Positions 24,253 through 36,099 of a DNA stretch of 64,000 nt are shown piece after piece. Numbering within the stretch: position 1 is the first letter of the stretch; each line of letters begins with the position of its first letter. This DNA is from Octopus sinensis (lineage: Eukaryota): contig NC_042997.1 in the NCBI RefSeq assembly GCF_006345805.1, positions 181,226,001-181,290,000 of the forward strand, in the 5' to 3' direction. A program made the translations under genes and the position numbers. Under the pieces are notes generated by a model that was given only the letters and a program-made list of their open reading frames with translations, was not told the DNA's origin and did not search any database.

Positions 24253-24592
24253 TGTTTCTTTATTAGCCACACAGGGCTGCACACAGATAGAACAAATTAC
24301 AAGGTAGAGCTTTTCTTTTGGGGGTAAAAAAAAAAGGAGAGTGGTGGTTTTCGATCAAAAGGGATCGTAAAAGGAAAGAAAAAGGACAAAAAATAAAGGG
24401 GAGGGGTTAAAAAAAGGGGGGGAGAGAAAAAAAAATGAATAATAGGGATCGTTATCACAGAAATGTCAATATGAAGTGTAAAGGGGAGGACAGGTGAGGT
24501 TTACCCGTGGAAAGAAAAGCCTACGGAAAAGACCACGGTAACCTCGGTCAATGAAGTCACATGTTATATCTCTCTGTATTAATTTTTATGGT

Positions 24593-27500
24593 TCATAGAA
24601 TCATAGTCAAGGTGGCTTCGTCATTCATACGTGCCATCCTTGCTACATTCACCCATCTTTTTTTTAAACATTCACTAGACAAAACTTGCCTCTCTACTCT
24701 CACTTTCCTCTTCAAGTGATACTTGAAGAAGTTGATGAGAGATTGACCAGAGAGGAAAGTGTTTGTCTCTAATCCTTTCAGGCGCGTCCACCAGATACAT
24801 TCTTTCGCCATAGCCACAAGTATGATAAAAATAGCTCTTCCTTCCCGTTTGAAAGAAGGAGGCGTGACGATATTAACGATAGACTCGGCTGATAAACCGA
24901 CACGTCCCACACGTGACAGCAGTCGTTCGACATAAGCCCACAGGTCGGAAGTTGCTGGACACTGCACGATTGCGTGCAGAGCGGTTTCGTCGCTCTGCCC
25001 GCATCTCGGGCAGGTCGGCCCCGTCTTTCTCGAGCCATGCCTATAGAGCTTATCCCGAACGGGTAGCGCTTCTCGGTAGCACCGCCAGGCCAGGGATCTC
25101 TGGAAGTTGTCCATAGGTCCCGGGCCGAAAGTCGTTTGAAACAGGCGGGTCAGGTATTCCTCGTCGACGCCCAGGTTTGCCCGAGCTCGTCGTCGTACCT
25201 CCCCTCCACTAATCCCCTATAGAATGCTTTGGTTGTGTTGAAGTCACTCAAGGTCAACCCGGGACGGCAGAGTTGCTTGAGAGCAACGCGACACTCGCGG
25301 TGTCATTCGCCCTTCCTCGGCCTCTTTTTGATCCACGACTGTAGTTCGGTCATGGAGACGAGTTGCGGGAATGCGTGCCTCACAAACGGCGACCACACCT
25401 GTTCACCGTCGTCTACATAGAGCCAGAGATGTCGCAGTCTCAGCGCGTGTCTGCGCATCATCAACCACGGCATGCCCAGCCCTCCTTTTAACGGGTGTTG
25501 ACAGCAAATGGATCGCCTGACCATCGGGACGCATCCTTTCCACAAGAAGCGGAAGAGGATGCGTTCTAGTTTGGTGATGGTAGGGTCGGGACAAGGTACG
25601 ACGGTCAGGCGGTAGTAGATGATGGACGCGATGTACGCGTTCACCACCTCCGCCCGACCTTTTAGGGACAGTTTCCTCTCGGCCCATTGCTGGGCGAGAG
25701 TGACCACCCTACTCGTTATCTCGTTCCAGTTCTCCATTTGGAGGTCCGGACCGAACCAGACCCCGAGCAACTCAACCGGGCCGTCTGTCCAGCGCACGAC
25801 GGAGGTACTGGTGGACGGCATGGGCTTGCTTCTCCAGGTGCCGAGCCGCAAGCCCACTGACTTTTCCCGGTTGATTTTTGCTCCTGTCACCGCTTCGTAG
25901 TCTTTCAGTGTCTCGCCGACCCGCTCGATGTGCTCGTGGCTTGACACTATGACGGTGACGTCGTCCGCGTATGCAGACACGCTCGTCCCGCATCCCAATT
26001 CTCGCGGGATGCCCTTAGAGTCGCCAGCTTCCGCAGTAGTGGCTCAAGAGTCAATACGTATAGAAGCGCCGAGAGGGGGCATCCTGACGGACCGAACGTG
26101 CAATGTCGAAAGGTCTCGATAGATGTCCATTTACGCGAATTATCGAACGGATGCCTCTGTACAAGGCAGCTATCCAGCCGCGGAAGACGGGACCGAAACC
26201 AGCCGCTCTCAGAACTGCCTCCAAGTATCGATGGTCTACCCTATCAAAGGCTTTCGATTGATCCAAGTTGATCAGGGCCCCACCCATGCCAAGTCGTTAA
26301 CTACCCTGTCTATGATGTAGCGCATCAGATGGAGGTTGTCATGGATGCTCCGCCCCGGCACGGCGCACGTTTGTGCGTTGTCGACCAGTTTCTCGATGAC
26401 AAGCGCCAACCTCTTGGCTAACACCTTTGTCAAAATTTTCAGGTCTGCATTGAGCAGCGTGATTGGTCTAAAGTTATCTATAATGTTCCCTTGTTTGGAT
26501 CTTCTTCAGCAGAGTTACAGCTCCTCGACTCACAAAACCGGGTATGCTCCCGTTTTGCTGCCAGTTGTAGTATACCGCTGCCAAGACGTCTCCAAACAAG
26601 TCTGGCATACAATTGTAAAACTCGTAGGGTAGACCATCCAAACCCGGTGATTTGTCCCTCGAGCATTCTGCTATCGCTTCCTGTACTTCCGCCGCCGTGA
26701 TGGCACCTTCGCAGCACCCTGCCTTTCTTGTCGAGAGTCGTGGCAGGCTATGTAGGTAGGCACTGAAGTCCACCCTACGTTCTTGCCCTCCACTCGTCCC
26801 GAACAGTCGGGCAAAATGCTGCTGAAAGGCCTCACACATTTTACTTGGCTCGAGCAATTCGCGCCCCTGTTCATCTACCAGTGACCGAATGATGGCTTTG
26901 TTGCCCTGTTACGCCTCTGCCACCGGGCCTCTCTCGCGGCTCCAACACCTTCGTTCCTTAGAGCACGCATCCTAGCTCTGACAGCACATCCTTCGTGTTT
27001 GGCGTTGAAATGTTGGTCGAGGGCCAACCTCGCCGCCAAAACGTCGGATGCGATGCCGCTTCTAATTGCCTCTTCTAGCTTCTTAACTAGCTCACCCTCT
27101 ACTCTATTTCTATCTACGGCTAGTGCTTTGCTGTACCTATCGCTTCTGCTTTTACTGCTCTCTTGAGGGCAAACCACCATTTGTTGTTGATGATGGCTCC
27201 CGCCAAAGCCCTCTTTACTAGTGTGCTAATCCGGTCTCTGAAAACTTGTCTGGACGGGAATGAGGCGTTCAGTTTCCAGTACCCAGGACCCTGTCTATGT
27301 GCCTTATCTAAGTCTAGCGTACACGTCACCAATTTGTGATCCGTGTAGCTGACTGTGTGGAATTGTGGACATCCTAAGTTATCCTTGTCTACTGTCCTAC
27401 ACAGTATCCTATCTAGATACGATCTCGACGACCCACTGCGGTTGCTCCATGTCCACGTTGGTGCATTTGGGTGGTCGAGTCGGTACCTGTCAGACAGTTG

Positions 27501-28010
27501 GAATCGTCTGAGCAGGTCTCTGAGGCATTTGCATCCCCTTCTGTTTCTGTCTCGTAGTCTACATGCGTGTCCAAGGTAGCATTCCAATCCCCCACTAAGA
27601 GTAAAGGACGAGACCTTCCCAAGAATACTTCTAGACGTCGAAAGAAATCCGCCCGACCTGTTAAGGGCGGTGCGTAGACTGATACGAGTCGAAAAGCGCA
27701 CCCATTGCTGCCGTCAACATCCAGAACGATCAGTCTACCCTCCGGTCTACGATATCGTCTTGACTTCGAGATCCAGGATCTTGTGAAAAAGTACCGCGGT
27801 GCCACTACCGCCCATCCTCGGCAGACAGGGAGCGAAATAAATGTTAAACTGTCCGCCAAACATGGACTTTAGGGCCCGTGGCTCGTGGAGTCTGGTCTCA
27901 CTTATGGCTATGTTATTCCCAATCATGTGACTTGATGTCATTTAGGAGGTATCCTTGTTTCCAAGGAGACCCCAAGCCACGCGCACATTCACACAACCAA
28001 TCTTGACCAT
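24593..28010 (-). pseudogene. ORF2: AP endonuclease, reverse transcriptase and C-terminal zinc finger, multiply frameshifted
   Basis: MVKIGCVNV(RGL); IAISETR; LVSVYAP; LVGDWNA; SYLDRIL; YTDHKLV; PGYWKLN; KSPGLDGLPYEFY; NLDQSKAFDRVDH; SAYADDVTV; CPRCGQSDETALHAIVQCP. Confidence 0.95.
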
Positions 28011-28072
28011 GATTCTATTGGGGTGTGTGCTTTAAAACACACAAATGAAAGTACAGAGAGTTACTTACTTGT

Positions 28073-30174
28073 GTCGAAAGTTTTGGCTTCCTCGTTCTTT
28101 GATGTGTCTTCGAGGAGGTTTTTATATAGTTTTTGGGACAGATATTTCTGGAAACCCCCTACAGCATTTGGGAAGAGGGCTTTGAGTTTGTGGTGTTGTG
28201 TTTGTGTGATGTGTAGTATTTTGATGTGTTTGGGTGGTGTAGTGCGTGGATGATGCTATTTTTAAAGTCATCTTCACAAATGTTTGTGTATCCTGTGATG
28301 TACTCCATTAGTTTGGAGTCTTTGGTGTCTATATCGCTGATAGCATTGTTTTTGTGGTGTTGGTGCTTGTTTTGTTGTGTATGGAGTTTTCAGGGTTCAG
28401 GTATCTCCCTGCTTTGGTTGCGATTTCTTGTTTGGTTTTTCTTGATCTTTTTCTTTTACCCCCTGTGGCTATTTGCCATTCTGTCGAACTTTCATCGTTA
28501 GATGAAAAGTCTGACGAATCAGCAGGGGGCAAGGGTAAAGCGTCTGGGTGTGTTTGTGCGGTTGTAGATATTGTTGTGGTGCGCGGGGAGGGTGTTGCTG
28601 GGGGGGTTTGTTGTGGTTATTGTCTCTCCTACATCCTTGGTGCTTGTCTTCTTCGTTGTTATTCTTGGTGTTGGAATTGGTTTATTTGTTGTTGGTGGTG
28701 ATGATTCTGTTCTTGGCGCTGGTGTTGGTGTTGTTTGGTTGGGTTGGCTTGTTCTTTGTTGTTTTTCCTGCATTTCCGCATACAGCTTCTGACTAGCTGT
28801 CCATATTGTGGTGTGGGCAATAATCCTGGCTTTTGTGATTTTTCCTGTGGCTGTTGTTGTTGTTGTAATTTTGCGGCAGATTTGCACTCCTTTTTGAGGT
28901 GTGCCTCACTGCCACATGTATCATCGTGGCCTTCTGCCCTCGACTACTACGTATAACTTGCGGCCATCCTCAAGATGTACGTGGGTGGGGATTTTATTTA
29001 TGTCCTCTTGACTTATGTGGAAGAGGAACTCTATTCTCTTTCCCAGCCAGTCCTTGTTTTCCGAAACACCGATATCTAGGATGTTTAAGTCCTCCATTTC
29101 GGATGTTAAGGCGGATGTTATCCACAGTGTTGTAGTCACTTGGGGGACACCACTGATAATGACTTTCGTCACCTTCTGGCCGAGGTAACTCGGTGTCAAC
29201 GTTAGTTCATCAGAATGAAGGGTTATCGTTGAGAATTTCTTCGCCAACTCTTCATTCTGAAAAACCACCTGTACGTGTGCGAACTTGTTCGCCCAAGTCA
29301 CACAATCCTTGTATCCCCAGATGGGGCGTAAGCACTTTTCGACTTTGTCTGTGCTTGCCTTTTCTGGACTTTTAGTTTTTTTATTTGTGATTTTATATAC
29401 AATTGTCTATTTTTTTCTCCTCATTCAGTATGTGCTGAGGTATGTGTAAGAGTATTTTTCGTTTTCATTTGTAATAAGGTTTCTGCAATCTTAATCTGTT
29501 GGTAGTAAACGAAACTTTTGTTACCTTTTCTTTTATCGCCTCGGCGAAGTTTGTTGTTGTTTTGTTATTGTTGTTACTGCCGGTGGTGTTGGTGTTGATG
29601 GCAGGGGTGTGGTTGTAGGTTTGTGGTTGCTGATTATGCAACTAGCAAGGGGTGGAAAATTGCCTGCGTAATTTAGTCCTGCATTAGCGCAAATTTCGGC
29701 ATTTCGTTTGCTTGTCGTCGTTATTTTTTCACTTGTTGGTGATGGAGTGAGCAGTGGTTGAAGGGAATTGTTGTTGTCGTCGTCGTTGTTGTTGTTGTTG
29801 TTGTTGTTGTTATTGTCGTTCTTGGTGACGGCGGTGGTGTTAGTGGTATTAGTAGCATTGACGGCACGGTCTTTGGTGGCGGTGATGGTGGTGTTGGTAT
29901 TGTTATTGGTGGCGATGTCTTTAGTAGGGATAGTAGTTTTAGTAGCAGATTCTGCCATGGTGTTGTTGTCGGTGTTGGTGGTGGACTTACTGATGGTGTT
30001 GACGGTGCTTGGCCTTGCGACCTTTGTTTTGTATTTGTTGCTGTTGTCGATGTTGATAGTGGTGGAGGTGGTGGTGTTGTTGTCAGGTTCAGCGTATGCT
30101 AACAGAGCATCCTGTGTTTCTGTCTCTGCGTCACGCTTGACTTGCACCTCAGCCTCGTGGTGACCAGTGGCCAT
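28073..30174 (-). pseudogene. ORF1: gag-like nucleic-acid-binding protein with CCHC knuckle and Thr/Asn-rich low-complexity regions
   Basis: ATG at 30174 (MATGHH...); the frame continues through several stops into TWANKFAHVQ...VVVEGRRPR; across a stop and a frameshift it reads (C)YxCGSEAHLKKEC, i.e. CX2CX4HX4C. Confidence 0.85.
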
Positions 30175-30396
30175 TTTGGAAATAAAATGGCTAAATGAAA
30201 CCACGAAGGCTATGAGAATTTTTTCTTTTAAATTTTGCCCACAAGGGGCAAAGTTTGGGTAGATATTTATCAAAGGTTTGCAGTGGATGCTGTTGCACAA
30301 CTTTTAAACACAAAATATTTGTCAATATACACTTTTGAACGTATAAAAATACCAACTTACGTGGAGCCCATTTGACTTGCGTCTGTCTGTCTGATC

Positions 30397-30482
<86 letters not shown>

Positions 30483-31395
30483 CAGCGGGCTTCTTTCAGT
30501 TTCTGTCTACCAAATCCACTCACAAGGCTTTGGTCGAAGCTATAGTAGAAGACACTTGCCTAAGGTGCCACGCAGTAGGACTGAACCCGGAAACATGTGG
30601 TTGGTAAGCAAGCTACTTACCACACAGCCACGTCTACGCCAGTTTAGCACAAAATTTTTATTGTATCACGAGCTTCCAATTTGTCTTCAGGTCCTGGTAG
30701 CATTCTACCAACTAGTCAGCTACGACAGGCAGTATTAGTGCGACAGGCAGTGTTCAAAGTGCTGACACAGCTATCTACTTCAATCTGGAATTAAAAGAAG
30801 TTGATAGGTTAACTTATTAGATGTATAGTAGATTTGCATTAGGACTCCCTTCATCGACAACAAGTGACAGCCGTACGCTGAAGACAGGCAAATACCTAGA
30901 AACTGCAGTCCGTGCGTGTCACCTTGGTTGACGAGGGAGGGATAACATCCCTTTGCAAATACCATAAGAGCACAGAAAGTGTGTCTAAAGCCAGCTGGAG
31001 ACGATGAACTCCTGGGGCTACAAGCTACAGTAACACCCACCCTTAGTGGTTAGCCATATTGAGATGGCTAGTATACCTTAAATTATATACTAAAATTACA
31101 ATAATTTGGACAGCTTTAACTGCCCCTCCTAAACAAGTCTCAAAACTTCTGGAAAGTACCTCCTATACATACATATTCACACACACACACAATACACACA
31201 CACTCGCGCGCGCGTTTTTGTGTGTGTCTAATAGTAGATCATCCGACCATCTGACGAAGTGTGCATGCCCTACACCCGTGAGACTAAAGTAATGGGAAAC
31301 TGAGTCAAATTATTACTTTCTTTTGCTTATTCACTCGCTAATCTGATAGTAAAAAAAAAATTGTGATTTAATAATCATTTTATTTGAATAACCTT

Positions 31396-31620
31396 AAATG
31401 TTCATTATTTACATTTGACAGATATTTGTCCTCATCTTGTTTGTTGTTAACAACGTTTCACCTGATATACCCTCCAGACAGGTGTTTTGGGGGAAATGTC
31501 GAACCTGGGTTCTCATTCCAAAGGTATTTTTCGATGTTGTTATTATTATTCAGGTCACTGCCTGAAATCGAACTCGGAATCTTGAGGTTAGTAGCCCGCG
31601 CTCTTAACCACTACGCCATA
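31396..31620 (-). mobile_element. SINE family D (tRNA head and hammerhead-like body, core partly deleted)
   Basis: A-box TGGCGTAGTGG, B-box GAGTTCGATT; body matches 2139-2304. Confidence 0.8.
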
Positions 31621-31777
31621 TACCTGTGAGCAATTAAGGGGTGAATTTTAAATAGACTGAAGTTAAAATAATAGACAGAGAACACCACTGGAGAATATGA
31701 AAACTAAAAGAAGCAGCACATTTGCTAGGACACAACCTCCTAAGCAGACCGAGTGCAGATATGAATAGCATATGGGA

Positions 31778-32166
31778 TGGATGGAAGCACTCCGTCGGTT
31801 ACGACGACGAGGGTTCCGGTTGATCCGATCAACGGAACAGCATGCTCGTGAAATTAACGTGTAAGTGGCTGAGCACTCCACAGACACGTGTACCCTTAAC
31901 GTAGTTCTCGGGGATATTCAGCGTGACACAGAGAGTGACAAGACCGGCCCTTTGAAATACAGGTACAACAGAAACAGGAAGTAAGAGTGAGAGAAAGTTG
32001 TGGTGAAAGAGTACAGCAGGGATCACCACCATCCCTGCCGGAGCCTCGTGGAGCTTTTTATGTGTTTTCGCTCAATAAACACTCACAACGCCCGGTCTGG
32101 GAATCGAAATCGCGATCCTACGACCGCGAGTCCGCTGCCCTAACCACTGGGCCATTGCGCCTCCAC
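31778..32166 (-). mobile_element. SINE family A, full length, tail variant 3, 11-bp TSD
   Basis: TSD AGCATATGGGA at 31767-31777 and 32167-32177; 3' hairpin GTTCC-G-GTTGAT-CCG-ATCAAC-GGAAC. Confidence 0.95.
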
Positions 32167-32240
32167 AGCATATGGGAACCGGTATTAAGGAAGGATAAGA
32201 GAATATTAGATTTATAAGCCCTAAAATTCACTCCATATTT

Positions 32241-32425
32241 GCCCATATGGCGTAGTGGTTAAGAGCGCGGGCTACTAATCCCAAGCTTCCGAGTTCGATT
32301 CCAGGCAGTGACTTGAATAATTATTATTGAATAATAATAACATGAGAACCTAGGTTCGAAATTTCCCCAACAAATACGATGTAAATAATGTACATAATTT
32401 CTCATCTCTTTATTATAGAACTGTA
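32241..32425 (+). mobile_element. SINE family D with internal deletion
   Basis: Same head as 31620; joins directly to the tail ATGTAAATAATGTACATAA. Confidence 0.8.
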
Positions 32426-32478
32426 TAACCTTAAATGCTCACCTGCTCCACGCCTTTCTAGCCTTATCTACATTTTAG

Positions 32479-32672
32479 CCGGTGAGCTGGCAGAATCGTT
32501 AACACGCCGGACAATTCCCCGTCTTTATGATCTGAGTTCAAATTCCACCGAGACCGACTTTGCATTTCATCCTCTCAGGGTCGATAAAATAAGTACCGGT
32601 TGAGCACTTGGGTCAATGTTATCCACTTACTCTCTCATTAGAAATTGCTGGCCTTGCGCCAAAATTTGAAAT
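32479..32672 (+). mobile_element. SINE family C, single copy
   Basis: Head GAGCTGGCAGAATCG, B-box, conserved central block, tail GGC-CTTGC-GCC. Confidence 0.8.
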
Positions 32673-33727
32673 CACCATCTATGCATTCATAATCTCAAAA
32701 GTTTGCCTGAATGTCTGCGTCGCGTGTGTGTATTTGTATATCTGAGAAAAAAGTAAACAATACTATGAACTTTCCTTATACATTTTTTTTTTTTTTTACG
32801 TTTTCTAGTTCTGGGTTACCCAACCTTTCATTAGATCAGTTCACTTTTGACGAAACTCGAATCAGTTAACACTGCTCCTTAAATCTTCGGTAGTAGTTTT
32901 GAAAGTGGGGTGAAGTTTCAATTTAATCTGTTTCTCACACATTTTCAGCTACCTCTGGAAAGAATTTTAACATCTCAGGATGGGAGACGCTCTTCTAGTG
33001 GAATTATTACAGAGATTCATTTCTAATATATTTTTTTGAAAACCATAATATTTTATTTTCAAAATTCCTTTAACTTTTGTGTTCATATCTAATCTAGCTA
33101 ATCGCAAGTAATGTTCCATCATCGAAGTCTAAAACGTATTTGTTTTCCATTAATCCTCATTTCTTGAGATTATTCTAAAAATTAATAATGATCCATAATC
33201 ATCTTCAAGTTAAATTGAATTCCTGTTATTGTTATATGTCACGTGAAAACAGCAGTTATTGCGACATTCTTAATTATTTTATTTGCGTGGTAGTTATTGT
33301 AAGAACCTTAATTAACGATTGGCCGCTTCTCATTCCAGTTAATGATTAGTGATTCCAATTTCATTTTATTTGTATTGCAGTTATTGCGATAACTTAATTA
33401 AAGATTTACTGATTCTCATTTCAGTTATGTGATTTCTGGAGAGGTAAACCCTCTAAGCGTATCTACTTATTGGGAACGACTACTAATATTGTGGAACGAG
33501 GCAACCGTTTATCATACGAGCAAGTATTGTGATATTTCAGTACCTTAATCCAGAAAAATAATTGATAGTGACATCTCGAAAAAGTGAATTCTCCTGAAAA
33601 AGCGCTAACATTCCAACCAAACATAAGCAACAGTGTGTCAGCAAACTGAAGAAAGTTTTCGAGGAATCGAAAGGGACAAAAATGCATTTTCCAGTGAGGG
33701 AGAGGTTTATAGAACGTGAAGGAAATA

Positions 33728-33928
33728 CAGTAATTCCTCGCCATATCGCGGTTCACCTATCATACATTCAGTACATCGCGGATTTTTCTGGCTAATATAA
33801 GTAAATTTATATTGCGGACATCTAAGTACATCACGGGTTTCTGCGGCCGATAGGTAATTTTTTTAGATTTCAATTATTTCTATGGAAAGTTTTGGAACAT
33901 AACACCCGCGGTAGTCGAGGGATTACCG
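33728..33928. mobile_element. pogo/Tigger-like MITE
   Basis: Imperfect TIRs CAGTAATTCCTCGCCATATCGCGG / CCGCGGTAGTCGAGGGATTACCG flanked by TA on both sides. Confidence 0.7.
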
Positions 33929-34181
33929 TAGTCATTGAACGATTTGACATATCCTTCGCTGAAGGTGAGAGACTGATTACCTCATATCAATAGGTAATCA
34001 GACCACTCGGTATACACTGATCCATAGCGTACATACCAGACGAAATGGTTATTAGGTTTCAAATTATAAACTAAAATAACTTAAATGCGAAGCCCTAAAC
34101 CCGTACTCCAGTGATCGAAGCTAGTAAAACAGTAAAAGATAAATGAATACCTCTTTGTACGTATGCGTGTATATCTATATA

Positions 34182-34362
34182 AATTATAATTTAGGGTATC
34201 TAAGAGATACCTCCACGCTGAAAATAGCAGCCAAAACTTGACTCTAAAACCACATTAATTGTTCGTACATTTGTATGAACATTTAATGTGGTTTTAGAGT
34301 CAAGTTTTGGCTGCGTATGTGTACGTATGTATGCGTATATATGTAATTTATATTTATATATG

Positions 34363-34393
<31 letters not shown>

Positions 34394-34415
34394 ATGTGTG
34401 TGTATGTGTGTGTGT

Positions 34416-34453
<38 letters not shown>

Positions 34454-34495
34454 CATTACGGTGGAGTTATCTTTTAGATACCCTAAATTATAATT
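34182..34495. repeat. Nested inverted-repeat structure containing a copy of 19000-19128
   Basis: Outer arms 34182-34216 / 34461-34495, inner 32-bp arms 34227-34258 / 34283-34314. Confidence 0.8.
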
Positions 34496-34588
34496 TTAAT
34501 AATATTTATTACCTTTGAAGGATTTTATTCCCATGCTGGCCACTTGAAAAGATCGATATTTAAATTAACAATCTTATCCTTTTTATAT

Positions 34589-34645
<57 letters not shown>

Positions 34646-34829
34646 GAGAATTTACAAAACAAAAAGCGAAGACGGGTGTGTAAACAACAAACAGATGTAT
34701 TAGTTTAACGCTTGGGAAGTGAGAAAGACTTTTATGTTTCAAGCCTATGCTCTTCGACAGAAAGGAACACAGAAATAAACAGGGAGAGAAAATAGAAAAT
34801 GGTTTAGTGATTAGCGATATATTACAATA

Positions 34830-35560
34830 TAATATTAAAAAAAGTGCGCGCACATAGCTCTTCGTTGGAAACGTGATGGCACCATCTGACGTTCTCGATT
34901 GTCGCTAGGGATCTGCCAGAGGTTTTCGTGAGAGACCACGTTTCTGCTCCATAGAGGAGAACGGAGAGGACTGATGTATTGTAGATGTGGAGCTTCGTAT
35001 TCCGGGAGATAGAGCAGTGGCGCCAAAATGGCTTCCATAGGAAATGCATTCTCCGGCGGTTAGACCACTCTGCGGTTCATCTCCGGAGTCAGGTCTCCAT
35101 TGTTGGTGTTTATGTATCCCAGATAGATGAAGAAGCTAACAAACTCTACGACACCAGAGCCAATATAGAGCGGTGGAGAGTCTGGGCCATCACCGACATG
35201 CATCAGTTTGGTCAATCTGTCAGTCAATCTTTGCTGATTCCTCTCCGTATATGGTCAGTGCGTCTCTGATCTGGTCGATCGAGTTGCTGAATAGGGTGGT
35301 AGCGTCCATATACTCCACGTCGGTAAAGTGGTAATTCTGATAGAAATTCACTCACAGACTTTGGTCATCAGATAATCGATGACACAGTAGAAGAGTGACA
35401 TTGGGAGGCGCGCCGATGACAACATTCACAATTTTCCAGAGAGATGTGTGATTGACCGTGTCGAATGCTACCTTGAGGTAAACAGAGGCGATGCAGAGGT
35501 GGTTATCTTCACAAAACTCCCGATATCTTTCAACAGTGAGATGAAGGGCAAAAATACTAG
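34830..35560 (-). pseudogene. RTE-clade LINE reverse transcriptase remnant
   Basis: LKVAFDTVNHTSLWK; TKLHIYNTSVLSVLLYGAETW. Confidence 0.8.
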
Positions 35561-35589
35561 CGGTTGTATATATGTGTGTAAATATGCCA

Positions 35590-35687
35590 TTATTCAGTTT
35601 TATTTCAAGATTTCTTGCCAATAGAGAAAGAACCGGTTTCTAACGTGGATCCAAGCTCATATTCTAATGGAATTTCAAGATCAACGA

Positions 35688-35718
<31 letters not shown>

Positions 35719-35965
35719 TGTATGTATGTATGTATGTATGTATGTATGTATGTATGTATGTATGTATGTATGTATGTATGTATGTATGTATGTATGTATG
35801 TATGTATGTATGTATGTATGTATGTATGTGAGCAGATTTGTATGTTTTGTTTTATGTATGTATTCTCATACATACAGCTGCAAGTCTAGACATGCTCTTA
35901 TATTCTTAAATGATAAACTTCTGGAAAGTTTTACAGATTTTTATAGTTCCAGTGATGACTTCATG
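35590..35965 (-). mobile_element. 3' UTR of the same R4-like family as 4290-4560, embedded in (TATG)n
   Basis: Shares TTCAAGATTTCTTGC...GAACCGGTTTCTAAC and TCTAGACATGCTC...AAATGATAAACTTCTGGAAAGTTTTACAGATTTTT. Confidence 0.8.
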
Positions 35966-36099
35966 TATGTATGTATGTATGTATGTATGTATGTTTGTAT
36001 GTATGTATGTATGTATGTATGTATGTATGTATGTATGTATGTATGTATGTATGTATGTATGTATGTATGTATGTATGTATATTTGTATGTATACATGAA

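Larger units (their letters stand above)
24251..30385 (-). mobile_element. Near full-length Tx1/L1-clade non-LTR retrotransposon (inactivated)
   Basis: 5' UTR, ORF1, ORF2 (APE-RT-zinc finger), 3' UTR ending AGCC-CTGTGT-GGCT-AATAAAGAAAC; flanked by (GATA)n at 24176-24250 and 30396-30481. Confidence 0.95.
23990..30635 (-). mobile_element. SINE family B split by the Tx1-like LINE (23990-24175 and 30483-30635)
   Basis: Left and right halves join into one normal family B copy if the LINE and the (GATA)n tracts are removed. Confidence 0.85.

Noticed and set aside
32241-32310. tRNA-like sequences at SINE heads (also 541, 23680, 31620, 38416, 57229)
   Set aside because: A/B boxes are present but there is no paired acceptor stem, and they continue into SINE bodies; not tRNA genes.
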